From an uncultured Candidatus Rokubacteria bacterium (GTDB lineage: Bacteria > Methylomirabilota > Methylomirabilia > Rokubacteriales > CSP1-6): a DNA stretch of 64,000 nucleotides. This document shows positions 1 to 9,490 of this stretch, in pieces. The translations under genes were made by a program, and so were the position numbers. Positions within the stretch are counted from its first letter, which is position 1; every line of letters starts with the position of its first letter. The notes beneath the pieces were generated by a model. It was given only the letters and a program-made list of their open reading frames with translations. It made no database searches and was not told the DNA's origin. The stretch spans positions 224,001-288,000 of the forward strand of contig CAVXJS010000007.1 in assembly GCA_963762145.1 (NCBI GenBank). The letters are read 5' to 3'.

Positions 1-824
1 TGACCCCGGAAGTCGGCGCGCTGCTCCTGCGCGCCCTGGACGCCGCCCGCGAGACCTTGTACCAGGGCCACCGCGCCCCCGCGTCCGCTCAGCCGGTCGC
101 GGACCCGACCGCGGAGGTCCCGACACGCCCTCAGCAGCAGGCCGACGCGCTGGCCCTGCTGGCCGAGACGGCACTGCATCAGGAGTTCGACCCGGGCGCC
201 CCCGGGGAGCGGTATCAGGTGGTGGTGCACGTGGACGCCGCGGTCCTGACGGACACGGCCACCCCCGGCCAATCCGTGCTGGAGGAGGAGGTCCACGTTT
301 CCGCGGAAACGTCACGGCGGCTCGCGTGTGACGCAAGCCGGGTGGTGATGCGGCACGACGCGGACGGCCGGGTGGTGGAAGTCGGCGCGCGTACGCGGAC
401 GATTCCACCAGCACTGCGGCGGGCGTTACAGCATCGGGACAAGAGCTGCCGCTTCCCGGGCTGTAACGTCCGGATCGCCGAGGGACATCATGTGCGCCAT
501 TGGGCCAAGGGCGGCCCCACGAAGCTCTCCAACCTCGCGTTACTCTGCCGCCGGCATCACCGCGCGGTGCACGAGGAGGGCTTCCAGCTCGAGCGACTCC
601 CTGATGGCGCGCTCCAGTTCCGGCGGCCGGATGGCCGGCCGCTGCCCGACGTCCTGGCACCGCCGGCGGTACCGATCGACGCAGCGGGAACGCTCCGGGC
701 GCAGAACGCCGCGCAGGGGCTCCAACTCCATGCGCGCACGGGGCTCGCCCCGTGGTACGGAGAGCGGCTGGACGTGCGCTGGGCGATCGACGTGCTACAT
801 CCGCGGGCGAGGCGATCTAGCTGA
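1..824 (+). CDS. DUF222/HNH endonuclease domain protein (13E12-repeat-like), 5'-truncated by the window edge
   Basis: The frame is open from position 3. It contains RRLACDA, then RALQHRDKSCRFPGC...HHVRHWAKGGPTKLSNLALLCRRHHRAVH (HNH motif with Zn-binding Cys pairs). Confidence 0.85.
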   Translation, partial: TPEVGALLLRALDAARETLYQGHRAPASAQPVADPTAEVPTRPQQQADALALLAETALHQEFDPGAPGERYQVVVHVDAAVLTDTATPGQSVLEEEVHVSAETSRRLACDASRVVMRHDADGRVVEVGARTRTIPPALRRALQHRDKSCRFPGCNVRIAEGHHVRHWAKGGPTKLSNLALLCRRHHRAVHEEGFQLERLPDGALQFRRPDGRPLPDVLAPPAVPIDAAGTLRAQNAAQGLQLHARTGLAPWYGERLDVRWAIDVLHPRARRSS

Positions 825-827
825 AAA

Positions 828-3572
828 CTACGCCGCGGACGGCTTCTCGATGGGCGCGACGCGGCGCGCCACCGGCTTCACCAGCAGCTTCAGCACCACC
901 GGCAGGACGATCAGCGCCGCCACGAGGCCGCAGGCGGAGCCCAGGGTCAGCAGGAGGCCCAGGCTGAAGATGCCCTGGTGGCTGGCGATCATGAGGCTGC
1001 CGAAGCCCACCATGGTGGTGATGCCGTTGAGCGCGACGCCCAGCACCGCGCTGCGGGCGACGAGCGGCCCGCCGTGGGGGCGGCCCTCGAGGTGGCTCAG
1101 GATCACGTTGAGGCCGAACTCGGCCGCGGTGCCGATGATGAGCGGCAGGCCCCAGATGTTGGCCAGGTTGAACTTGATGCCGAAGACGTGCATGAGGCCG
1201 ACGGTCCACAGGACGCCCAGCACCATCGGCACGAGGCCGAGCATGCTCTCCCGCATGCGGCGAATCATGAGGATGCTGAGGCCGCCCACGAGGACGAAGG
1301 CGTAGACGCTCCCGGTGAGGTAGGCGCGCTCCATCAGCAGGGTCGCCTCGTAGGTGATGATGGGCGGCCCGGTGATGTCGGGATCCACCGTGCGGAGATC
1401 GCGCACGAACTCGGCCGCGCCCGCCTTCTCCCAGATGTCCACCTTGGGATGGACCTGGATGAGGAAGCGGCCGTTCTCGCCGATGAACTTGCGCCGGAGC
1501 TCCTCCGGCACGTCCTTGATGGTCACGGAGGTGGGCTTCAGGTTGCGCTGGAGGGTGTAGAACTTGTTCACGAAGTCCCGGTAGAGCTGGGCCTGCAGGT
1601 AGTTCAGCGCCGCCTCGGCCGAGTCCCGGTTGCTCCGCGTGAGCAGGCGCTGCACCTCGATGGTCTTGTCACGTACCACCCGGATCTCCGCCGGCAGCTT
1701 GGCTCCCGCCTCGACCGCGACCACGTCGAAGCGCCGCTTGATGTCGGCCAGCGCCTGCTTGAGCCGGTCGAGGTCGACCGTGCTCGAGCGCCCGACGCGG
1801 ATCGGGGCCACCAGGGGGGCGAAGCTCTTGATCAGCTCGATCTTCTCGGGCTGGTCGTCGGGGATCACGCGCAGGACCGAGTCGGTCTCGGAGACCGACG
1901 GCAGCTTCTCGAACGCCGCCTGCCTGGCCCGCAGCTCTTCCAGGGATGAAGCGGACGACAGGGCGTTGAACCCGGAGTGGCCCGTGCTCGAGAGAATGCG
2001 CCGCTCCCAGGCCACCGACTCGGTGCCCTTGGCCTGCAGGTTGAGCACGTTGTAGTCGAAGCCGACGCGGGTCACCGCCCAGAGCGAGAACGCGGTGAGG
2101 ATCCCGGCGCCGATCAGCACGGTGCGCGGGTAGCCCACCACCCGATCCAGGAGCGGCACGCGGATGCGCTCGAGCTGGTGCGCCCGCGGCCGCTGTCCCC
2201 GCGGGCGGTCCGCGTGCCGGCGGTCCACCAGGACCAGGATCGCGGGGAAGAGCGTGATCATGCCCACCCAGGCGATCAGGATCGCGATGCCCGCGATGAA
2301 GCCGAGCTCCTGGATGCCGCGGAAGTCGGTGAGCATCAGGACGAAGAACGTTCCGGCCGCGGTCAGCGCGCCCGCCAGCATGCCGGGACCGGTGCGCGCC
2401 GCGGTGTGCTCGAGAGCCTCGCGCAGGCTCCGGCCCAGGAAGATCTCCTCCTCGTAGCGGAAGAGGTAGTAGATCCCGTAGTCGATGCCGATGCCGACCA
2501 CGATGGAGATGAACATCACCGAGAACAGGGTGAGATGTCCGACCGTGAGGGTGATCACGCCCATGGACCAGGCCAGGGTCACCGCGAGCACGCCCAGCAT
2601 CAGGAGCGGCTTGCCGACCCGCACGAAGGCCAGGGCCATGACGAGCAGGGTGAGGGCGAAGGCGAGCACGTCCGCGATGCTGCTGTCGTGGAAGGCGGCC
2701 GTCATCTCGTCGTTTGAGAGCGCGGGCACGCCGGTGACTCCCGCCTGCACGTTCGGGAAGGCAGGCCGCAGCTTGGCGACCGCCTCGCGAATCGTCTCGA
2801 TGGCGGCCTGGTCGCCGATGAAGCTGCCCTTCTCGCTGGGCGGCGTCTCCACCAGGATGAAGAGCAGGCTCTTGTCATCGGAGAGGAAGTAGCCCGCGTC
2901 GTCGGGCGGGTCCTCGCCGAACGAGAAGAGGGTGCCCCAGGGCGAGCGGTAGGGCGCGGGGCGCTCGAGGCGGCTCGCCATCTGGTCGAGGAGCACGCGC
3001 AGGAACCGCGTGTCGACCGGCAGGTCCTTGTCCTGGAGGCCGATGTCGAAGAGGTTGGAGACGAAGGCGGCCGCCATCTGGGTGTTCACGCCCTCGAGCA
3101 GACGAGCGAGGCTCGGGTCACCCGCGAAGCTCTCCATGAACTCCTGGTGGTCGAAGATCTTGTCGCGGATCTCGCGCAGCTCGGGGGTCGTGAGATAGAG
3201 GAGCTGGCGCCCCTCGAACCGCTTGGGGTCGATCCGGTAGGCGACCCGCTGGAACTTGACCGGGGCCTCCCGGAGCGCCTCGGTGAGGCGGGCCGCGTAG
3301 GCGCGCGCGCCCTCGAAGGAGCCGGCCTCGACCACCACCACGATGTCCTCGAGCTCGCCGAACTCCTTCGCGTACTCGGTGTAGCGGGTCACGTAGCCCG
3401 CGCTCTGGGGCAGCAGTGCGCGGGTGGAGGTCTTGAAGGTGAGCGCGTGCGCGGTGTAGGCGATGGCGACCGCCGCGAGCAGGAGGGAGACCCCGACCGT
3501 GATCGCGGGCCGGCGGCAGGACAGACGCACTACCCGGCGGAGAACACGACCGGTGCGGGAAATCGCGATCAT
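828..3572 (-). CDS. hpnN: MMPL/RND-family hopanoid transporter (HpnN-like)
   Basis: 914 aa with two MMPL transmembrane repeats (GIGIDYGIY; IIGTAAEFG) and large periplasmic loops; lies in a hopanoid cluster. Confidence 0.8.
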   Translation of the reverse strand: MIAISRTGRVLRRVVRLSCRRPAITVGVSLLLAAVAIAYTAHALTFKTSTRALLPQSAGYVTRYTEYAKEFGELEDIVVVVEAGSFEGARAYAARLTEALREAPVKFQRVAYRIDPKRFEGRQLLYLTTPELREIRDKIFDHQEFMESFAGDPSLARLLEGVNTQMAAAFVSNLFDIGLQDKDLPVDTRFLRVLLDQMASRLERPAPYRSPWGTLFSFGEDPPDDAGYFLSDDKSLLFILVETPPSEKGSFIGDQAAIETIREAVAKLRPAFPNVQAGVTGVPALSNDEMTAAFHDSSIADVLAFALTLLVMALAFVRVGKPLLMLGVLAVTLAWSMGVITLTVGHLTLFSVMFISIVVGIGIDYGIYYLFRYEEEIFLGRSLREALEHTAARTGPGMLAGALTAAGTFFVLMLTDFRGIQELGFIAGIAILIAWVGMITLFPAILVLVDRRHADRPRGQRPRAHQLERIRVPLLDRVVGYPRTVLIGAGILTAFSLWAVTRVGFDYNVLNLQAKGTESVAWERRILSSTGHSGFNALSSASSLEELRARQAAFEKLPSVSETDSVLRVIPDDQPEKIELIKSFAPLVAPIRVGRSSTVDLDRLKQALADIKRRFDVVAVEAGAKLPAEIRVVRDKTIEVQRLLTRSNRDSAEAALNYLQAQLYRDFVNKFYTLQRNLKPTSVTIKDVPEELRRKFIGENGRFLIQVHPKVDIWEKAGAAEFVRDLRTVDPDITGPPIITYEATLLMERAYLTGSVYAFVLVGGLSILMIRRMRESMLGLVPMVLGVLWTVGLMHVFGIKFNLANIWGLPLIIGTAAEFGLNVILSHLEGRPHGGPLVARSAVLGVALNGITTMVGFGSLMIASHQGIFSLGLLLTLGSACGLVAALIVLPVVLKLLVKPVARRVAPIEKPSAA

Positions 3573-3596
3573 GAAGCGAGAACGACGACGGCGCGG

Positions 3597-4670
3597 TTAG
3601 TCGGCGCCGTTGATGAACGTTTCCAGTCGCGTGTGCGCCAGCTCGTCCGACCACTGCTCGGGCGGCGACTTCATCAGGTAGGCCGAGGGCGCGAGCAGGG
3701 CCCCCTTGATGCCACGGTCCATCGCGATCTTGCAGGAGCGGATCGCGTCGATCACCACGCCCGCCGAGTTGGGCGAGTCCCACACCTCGAGCTTCAGCTC
3801 CACGTTGATGGGCTGGTCCCCGAAGCTGCGGCCCTCCAGGCGGATGTGCGCCCACTTCCGGTCCTCGAGCCACGGCACGTAGTCGCTCGGGCCGATGTGG
3901 ATGTTGTCGTCGGCCATGTCGTGGGCGACCTGGGAGCGGACCGCGTCCGTCTTCGAGATCTTCTTGGAGTGCAGGCGCTGACGCTCCAGCATGTTGTAGA
4001 AGTCGGTGTTGCCGCCCACGTTGAGCTGGCTGGTCCGCTCGAGCCGCACCCCGCGGTCCATGAAGAGCTTGGTCAGGATGCGGTGGACGATGGTGGCGCC
4101 CACCTGCGACTTCACGTCGTCGCCCACCACCGGCAGCCCGCGGTCCTCGAAGCGGCGGCGCCAGTACTCTTCCCGGGCGATGAAGACCGGGATGCAGTTG
4201 ACGAAGCCGCAGCCCGCGTCGAGCATCTGCTCGACGTACCACTTGGTGGCCATCTCGCTGCCCACCGGCAGGAAGTTGACCACCACGTCGGTGCGGGTCT
4301 CCCGCAGGATGCTCTTGATGTCGGCGGTGCTGCCGGGGGCCTTGGTGATGATCTGGGAGAGGTAGTGGCCCAGGCCGTCGTGGGTCATGCCTCGCTGCAC
4401 CGGCACTCCCAGGCGGGGGACCTCCGCGAAGCGGACCGTGTTGTTCGGCTTGGCCGCGATCGCCTCGCCCAGATCCAGGCCCACCTTGTTGGCGTCGATG
4501 TCGAAGGCGGCCACGAACTCGATGTCGCCGACGTGATAGCCGCCGAGCCGCGGGCGCATGAGGCCCGGGATGAAGCCGTCGTCGGGCACACCCTTGTAAT
4601 AGTGGACACCCTGGACCAGCGCGGATGCACAGTTACCGACCCCGACCACCGCCACGCGAACAGATCCCAC
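3597..4670 (-). CDS. ino1: myo-inositol-1-phosphate synthase
   Basis: [43 protein letters not shown] and [14 protein letters not shown] motifs; GAGGAGG RBS upstream. Confidence 0.95.
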   Translation of the reverse strand: MGSVRVAVVGVGNCASALVQGVHYYKGVPDDGFIPGLMRPRLGGYHVGDIEFVAAFDIDANKVGLDLGEAIAAKPNNTVRFAEVPRLGVPVQRGMTHDGLGHYLSQIITKAPGSTADIKSILRETRTDVVVNFLPVGSEMATKWYVEQMLDAGCGFVNCIPVFIAREEYWRRRFEDRGLPVVGDDVKSQVGATIVHRILTKLFMDRGVRLERTSQLNVGGNTDFYNMLERQRLHSKKISKTDAVRSQVAHDMADDNIHIGPSDYVPWLEDRKWAHIRLEGRSFGDQPINVELKLEVWDSPNSAGVVIDAIRSCKIAMDRGIKGALLAPSAYLMKSPPEQWSDELAHTRLETFINGAD

Positions 4671-4726
4671 GGCCGCCTCCTCAGCGCTTCGTCACCGCGA
4701 CATGCGGCGACGCGTCAGACCCAGAG

Positions 4727-4735
4727 AGTCTAGCA
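4727..4735 (-). promoter_or_regulatory. putative extended -10 promoter (TG-c-TAGACT) for ino1-hpnN
   Basis: The minus strand reads TGCTAGACT about 57 nt upstream of the ino1 start, followed by a short hairpin (about 4691-4711). Confidence 0.4.
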
Positions 4736-4760
4736 CACGCGCCGGGCGCCGGCCCCAGAC

Positions 4761-5732
4761 CTAGGCCGCCGGGCGGTCGGCGCCCAGCACCAGGAACCCC
4801 ACGACGGCCCACGTGATCTCGCGCAGGCGCCGTACGAGCACGTAGGTGAGGCCCGCGGTCGCCCCCAGGCCGAAGGCCTCGAAGAAGACCACGTAGCCGC
4901 CCTCGAGCGCCCCGAGGGAGGCGGGCACCATGAAGCTGGCGAACTTCACGCCGCTCGCGAAGGATTCGACGATCAGGGCGATGCCTAACGGCGCCGGCGT
5001 CCCCAGCAGGCTCAGCACCAGGTAGATCTCGAGGCCGCCGGTGGCCCAGGCCACCGCGTGGACCACCGCGGAAGCGACGAGCCGTCGCCGGCGGTGACGG
5101 TAGAGCGCGGCCAGCGCACGGTCCAGGTCGCCCAGGCCCTGCTCGAAGCGGCCGGTCCCGCCCACGCCCACGCGCTTGGCGAGCCGGCCGAGCAGCCGTC
5201 CGCCGCCGCCGAGCGCGCCGCTGGCCTGCACGAGCGCGAAGCCGCCGACCGCGAGCACCTCCACCACCAGCAACCCGGACATGACCGGCAGGAGCCGGCC
5301 CTCCGGAGGCGTCGGGAGGGCTCTGGCCGCCAGGAGGCCGAGGGCGAGGAAGATCACCTGGCCGGCGACCACCGTGGTCTTGTCGGCGATCACCGAGACG
5401 AAGCCGTCGAGCAGCGGGAGCCGCGGCCGCAGGAGGTAGGCCTTGAGCGGATCGCCTCCGACCGACATCGTGGGCGTGGCCAGGCTCACCGCCTCCCCGG
5501 CGAGGCGGGCGCGGAAGAGGAGGAGAAAGGGCACCGGCGTGGGCAGGAGGAGCTGCCAGGCGAGCGTGTCCACCGCGGCGGCCAGCACGTACGGGAAGGC
5601 GAGCACGATCGGCAGCCGCCAGCCGAGCGTGACGAACGAGGACCAGATGGCGGCGGGACCGATCTGCGCGACGAGATACCCCACCAGGGCCAGGCCGGTG
5701 ACCACCAGGAACGGTCGGACCCAGCGGGACAC
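4761..5732 (-). CDS. lysylphosphatidylglycerol synthase TM / flippase-like membrane protein (HpnL-like)
   Basis: GTG at 5732 overlaps the upstream TAG. Multi-TM protein with ARLAGEAVSLATP..VGGDPLKAYLL and FMVPASLGALEGG motifs. Confidence 0.75.
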   Translation of the reverse strand: MSRWVRPFLVVTGLALVGYLVAQIGPAAIWSSFVTLGWRLPIVLAFPYVLAAAVDTLAWQLLLPTPVPFLLLFRARLAGEAVSLATPTMSVGGDPLKAYLLRPRLPLLDGFVSVIADKTTVVAGQVIFLALGLLAARALPTPPEGRLLPVMSGLLVVEVLAVGGFALVQASGALGGGGRLLGRLAKRVGVGGTGRFEQGLGDLDRALAALYRHRRRRLVASAVVHAVAWATGGLEIYLVLSLLGTPAPLGIALIVESFASGVKFASFMVPASLGALEGGYVVFFEAFGLGATAGLTYVLVRRLREITWAVVGFLVLGADRPAA

Positions 5733-6904
5733 TAGGCGCGCGGCCTCCAGGCGCGGGCGAGATAGCCCACCCAGTAGGCCTGCGAGCCGACCGCCACGAG
5801 CGCCGCGACCACGAAGACGAGCGACGGCGCCAGCCATCGCAACGCCACGAAGGACAGGAGCAGGACGTAGAAGACGTCGCGGCTGGTGACGTGCGTGAGC
5901 AGGCCGCCCGCGGGGGGCCGGGCCTCGATCCCGGCGGGAAGATAGCGCGTGACGACCGCGCTCAGCGTCACCCCGATCGCGGCCAGGAGCCCGACCACGA
6001 CCATGCCCGGCCCGCCGGAGCTGACGCCCAGGCCGAGGACGATGCCGGCCTGGATGATCGTGTCGACCGCCCAGTCGAGGGTGGCTCCCAGGCGCGACTC
6101 CTGGAACGTCAGGCGGGCGATCTCGCCGTCGGCATGGTCCACGATGCACGCGGCGGTGTAGGCCAGCACGCCCAGCAGGGCGCTCGCGGTGGTCGCGTGC
6201 CAGAAGCACCAGATGGCGAGCAGGCCGATCGCCAGGCTCACGAGGCTCACGTGATTCGGCGCCACCGGCGTGCGCGCCAGGAGCCGGCTGATCCGGCGCG
6301 AGCAGGGCCGGTGCAGGTGCCGGTCGATGCCGGTATCTACCGCGATGCCCAGCGTGGTCTCGAGCGCCGCCTCGGCGCGGGCCAGGTCCGAGATCTCGCG
6401 CACCGTGACGTGAGGTCCCGTCGCCTCGCGGGCCGGGGCGCCCGCGTCCGCCAGGCGGCGCGTGAGCTGCGCGCCGACCGGCCGCCCCGCCGCCAGCTCC
6501 GGCCAGAGCTCGGCGACGAGCGGCGCGGGGACGAGCGCCACCGGCGCGGAGCCGCCGGCCGACGGCGCCAGCACCGCGCCCCGCGGCGCGGGCGCGGCGA
6601 ACAGGCCGGCGAGGGCGCTCACGTGGATCAGCGAGGAGGCGGGCAGGAGCAGCCACGCGGCCGGCTCCTCCGCGGGGGCGGGGGCGCCCGGGGTGAGCCA
6701 GCGGACGGTGGCCGCGAGCGCGGGCATCCGGCGCAACGCGCGATCGGCCTCCGCGTCGTGCAGCGTCGACGGCACCGCGATCAGGGAGGCGCCGGCGCGG
6801 AGCGCCGCGACCATGGCGCGGACGACGAGGGGGCGCCCGGCGACGACGGCGGCGGCTAGAGGTCGCGCCGCCCCGTCCGGGAGATAGAGCAGGGCGCGGA
6901 CCAC
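5732..6904 (-). CDS. CDP-alcohol phosphatidyltransferase with a degenerate N-terminal nucleotidyltransferase-like domain
   Basis: PNHVS and the DHADGEIAR...GATLDWAVD signature; the N-terminal VAGRPLVVR segment resembles NTP transferases. Confidence 0.85.
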   Translation of the reverse strand: MVRALLYLPDGAARPLAAAVVAGRPLVVRAMVAALRAGASLIAVPSTLHDAEADRALRRMPALAATVRWLTPGAPAPAEEPAAWLLLPASSLIHVSALAGLFAAPAPRGAVLAPSAGGSAPVALVPAPLVAELWPELAAGRPVGAQLTRRLADAGAPAREATGPHVTVREISDLARAEAALETTLGIAVDTGIDRHLHRPCSRRISRLLARTPVAPNHVSLVSLAIGLLAIWCFWHATTASALLGVLAYTAACIVDHADGEIARLTFQESRLGATLDWAVDTIIQAGIVLGLGVSSGGPGMVVVGLLAAIGVTLSAVVTRYLPAGIEARPPAGGLLTHVTSRDVFYVLLLSFVALRWLAPSLVFVVAALVAVGSQAYWVGYLARAWRPRA

Positions 6905-6905
6905 A

Positions 6906-7649
6906 TCAGCGCTCGAGCCGCTCGATGCCCGGGAGGATCTCGGTCTCGGCCCGGCGCAGGTCCTCCGCGAAGTCGACCTCCGTCCACGGCAGGCCCGTGA
7001 CGTCCACCCAGCCTACCGGCACGCGCGCGAGGAGCTCGTGCAGGGCGTCCTCGTACTCGTTCTCCCCGCCCGTCTCCTCGATGGATTCCTCCAGGAGGCG
7101 CACGTACTCCGGAGCGTGGGCCGCGTCGCACTTGAAGAATCCGACTCCCTCGCCGATCACGTCCCACCTCTGGGGCACGACCTTCGTGCCGAGCGCGATG
7201 ACCCGATCGTCCACCGTGTAGAGCTTGACCTCCTCGCCGGTGTCCTGGAAGGCGCGATCCAGCAGCAGCGCGCTCGGCGCGGGCGCGGCGATGAGCCGGG
7301 TCAGGAAGCGGGCGGGGAAGAGCACGTCCGCGTCCATGATCAGGGTACGGTCGGCGCTGCGCATCGTCTCGCGGGCGCACCAGAGCGAGAGCATCGAGCC
7401 CTTCCGATAGCCCGGGTTCTCGACGTAGCGGATCCGCATCGCGCCGCGCGCGGCGCCCGCGGCCCGGCGCACCTGATCCTGGCAGTGGCCGACCACCAGC
7501 ACCGACTCCTCCACTCCGCACGCCGCGAGCGCGTCCAGCATGCGATCGAGCAGCGAGCGGCCGCCCACCTCCAGCAGAGCCTTGTGGGTGGTGTCGCTGA
7601 TCGGCGCGAGCCGACGCGCCACCCCGGCGACGAGGATGACAGCCTTCAC
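6906..7649 (-). CDS. sugar/phospho-alcohol cytidylyltransferase (LicC/IPCT-like NTP transferase)
   Basis: GTG at 7649 (GTGA overlap); KAVILVAGVARRL...HKALLEVGG, MDADVLF and WTEVDFAEDL motifs. Confidence 0.85.
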   Translation of the reverse strand: MKAVILVAGVARRLAPISDTTHKALLEVGGRSLLDRMLDALAACGVEESVLVVGHCQDQVRRAAGAARGAMRIRYVENPGYRKGSMLSLWCARETMRSADRTLIMDADVLFPARFLTRLIAAPAPSALLLDRAFQDTGEEVKLYTVDDRVIALGTKVVPQRWDVIGEGVGFFKCDAAHAPEYVRLLEESIEETGGENEYEDALHELLARVPVGWVDVTGLPWTEVDFAEDLRRAETEILPGIERLER

Positions 7650-8836
7650 CGGATCGCGGGCCCGCCGAGGCCGGAGCGGAACCGATCGCGGATCTCTTCC
7701 GGGGAGTACGGGATGCGGGGTGCCGGCTGCTCCTCGCCGGTCACGCGGGCGAGGATGAAGCTCGGTCCGCCGCCCGCGACCGCGGTGGCCACCGCGGCGT
7801 GCAGCTCGTCGGCGCCCGCGACCGCGGTCACGCGCTCGTAGCCGGCGGCGCGCGCGAGGTGGTGGAGGCCGACCGCGCGCGAGGGAGAGGCCTGGCCGCC
7901 GGTCGATCCGTAGAGCGCGTTGTCGAACACCACGTGCGTCAGGTTGGCCGGGCGGGCGCGCCCCATCACCGGGCCGCCGCCGATCATCGGCAGGATGCCC
8001 AGGCTCATGAGCAGGTTGCCGTCGCCGTCCCAGACCACGGCGGGGCGCGCCGGCGCCGCGAGCGCCACGCCCAGGCCGATCGCGGAGGCCATGCCCATCG
8101 AGCCGATCATGTAGAAGTTCTCGATCCGGTCCTTGACCGCGAACGACTCGCGACAGATGTAGCCGTTGGCGTGAACCACGGGCTCGGTCGTCAGCGCGGA
8201 GACGGCGGCGCGCAGGGCCTCGAAGCGGGAGATGCGGGGGGCGGGGGTGGGGTCGGCCCACGGCGGCTCTGAGCGGCGCCCTTTATTTTTGTATTCGCTC
8301 GGCTCGCCTTCGGCTTCACCTCGCCCTGCTACTGCCCCATGATCTTCCGTGTCGAGGATCCCCGGCGGGAGGAGGAGGGCGACCGGCTGGCTCAGGCGCT
8401 CCGACTCGGACCGGCCCCACGCGATGTCATCCGCGATGGTCGTCGCGGAGAGCACGCGGTGCGGAATCCGGATCATCTCGAGCAGGCCCGGCGAGATCTC
8501 CCCCATCAACAGGTGCTCGGGCGCGTCCCGGCCCGCGTGGCCGCGCCACGTCACCAGCAGCAGCGCCGGGAGGCGGTACATGAGCGACAGCGAGACCAGC
8601 GCGTTGAGGCTCGTGCCGAGGCCCGAGTTCTGCATGAGGACCATCGGGCGCCGCCCGGCCAGCCAGGCCCCCGCGGCCAGGCCCACCGCCACGTCCTCGC
8701 GCACCGCCGGCACGTAGGGCAGGCGCGGGTGCGTCTCCAGGGTGGCGATGAGGCCCGAGATCATCGAGCACGGCACGCCGGTGAAAAAGTCGTAACCCTG
8801 CGTCTCGAGCTGCGCCGCGAACGCGGCGCCGTTCAC
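7646..8836 (-). CDS. fused alpha/beta ThDP-dependent sulfopyruvate/phosphonopyruvate decarboxylase (ComDE/Ppd family)
   Basis: FFTGVPCS, REDVAVGLAAG and MQNSGLG (alpha part); FYMIGSMG and GDGNLLM...FDN ThDP motif (beta part). Confidence 0.85.
   Translation of the reverse strand: MNGAAFAAQLETQGYDFFTGVPCSMISGLIATLETHPRLPYVPAVREDVAVGLAAGAWLAGRRPMVLMQNSGLGTSLNALVSLSLMYRLPALLLVTWRGHAGRDAPEHLLMGEISPGLLEMIRIPHRVLSATTIADDIAWGRSESERLSQPVALLLPPGILDTEDHGAVAGRGEAEGEPSEYKNKGRRSEPPWADPTPAPRISRFEALRAAVSALTTEPVVHANGYICRESFAVKDRIENFYMIGSMGMASAIGLGVALAAPARPAVVWDGDGNLLMSLGILPMIGGGPVMGRARPANLTHVVFDNALYGSTGGQASPSRAVGLHHLARAAGYERVTAVAGADELHAAVATAVAGGGPSFILARVTGEEQPAPRIPYSPEEIRDRFRSGLGGPAIR
8266..8345. repeat. AT-rich, hairpin-containing segment read in frame in the decarboxylase linker
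   Basis: Contains ctttatttttgtattcg, a gccttcggc mini-hairpin and gagcg...cgctc arms; composition is unlike the flanking codons. Confidence 0.45.
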
Positions 8837-9465
8837 GGCTTCTTCTTCCCGCCCTTGTCCTCGGCGAGCAGCTCGTCCTGCTTGTTGCGGAGCTTCGAGA
8901 CCAGCTCGTTGTAGGACGTGGTCTGGATGATCTTGTTGAACTGGGTACGGTAGTTCGACACGAGGCTCACGCCCTCGATGCTGACGTCATAGACGAGCCA
9001 CCGGTCGGCCCGCTTGAGCAGCCGGTAGTCCACCGGGACCTCGGTGCCGTTCTTGGTCACGATGCGGGTGGACACGGTGGCGAGGTCGCCGTCCGCGCGC
9101 TCGGCGGTGTACTGGATCTTCTCGCCCCCGTACGTCTCGATCTTGGAGATGTAGGAGCGCTCGAGCAGGTCGGCGAACAGGCTCACGAACTCGGCCCGCT
9201 GGGCTTCGGAGAGGGGCTGCCAGTGCCGGGCCAGGGACCGCTTCGCGATCTCGTTGAAGTCGAAGATCTCGTTGGCGATCCGACGGACGGCCGCCCGGCG
9301 ATCGTTCTGGTTCCCCCTGAGCGCCGGATCGTCGAGGGTCTTGAGGACCCGCTCCACCGCGCCCTTGAGCTGGTCGGTGGGCACTCCCGCCGCCGCGGGC
9401 CCCGCGCCGAGCCCGATCAACAGCGCGCCCGCCAGCACCATCGCCCCCATGCGAAGCCAGTTCAT
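8833..9465 (-). CDS. mlaC: MlaC/Ttg2D-family periplasmic lipid-binding protein (HpnM-like)
   Basis: Signal peptide; FDFNEIAKRSLARHW and WLVYDVSIEGVSLVSNYRTQF motifs. Confidence 0.9.
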   Translation of the reverse strand: MNWLRMGAMVLAGALLIGLGAGPAAAGVPTDQLKGAVERVLKTLDDPALRGNQNDRRAAVRRIANEIFDFNEIAKRSLARHWQPLSEAQRAEFVSLFADLLERSYISKIETYGGEKIQYTAERADGDLATVSTRIVTKNGTEVPVDYRLLKRADRWLVYDVSIEGVSLVSNYRTQFNKIIQTTSYNELVSKLRNKQDELLAEDKGGKKKP

Positions 9466-9490
9466 CGAATACCTCCCTGGATGAGTGGGA

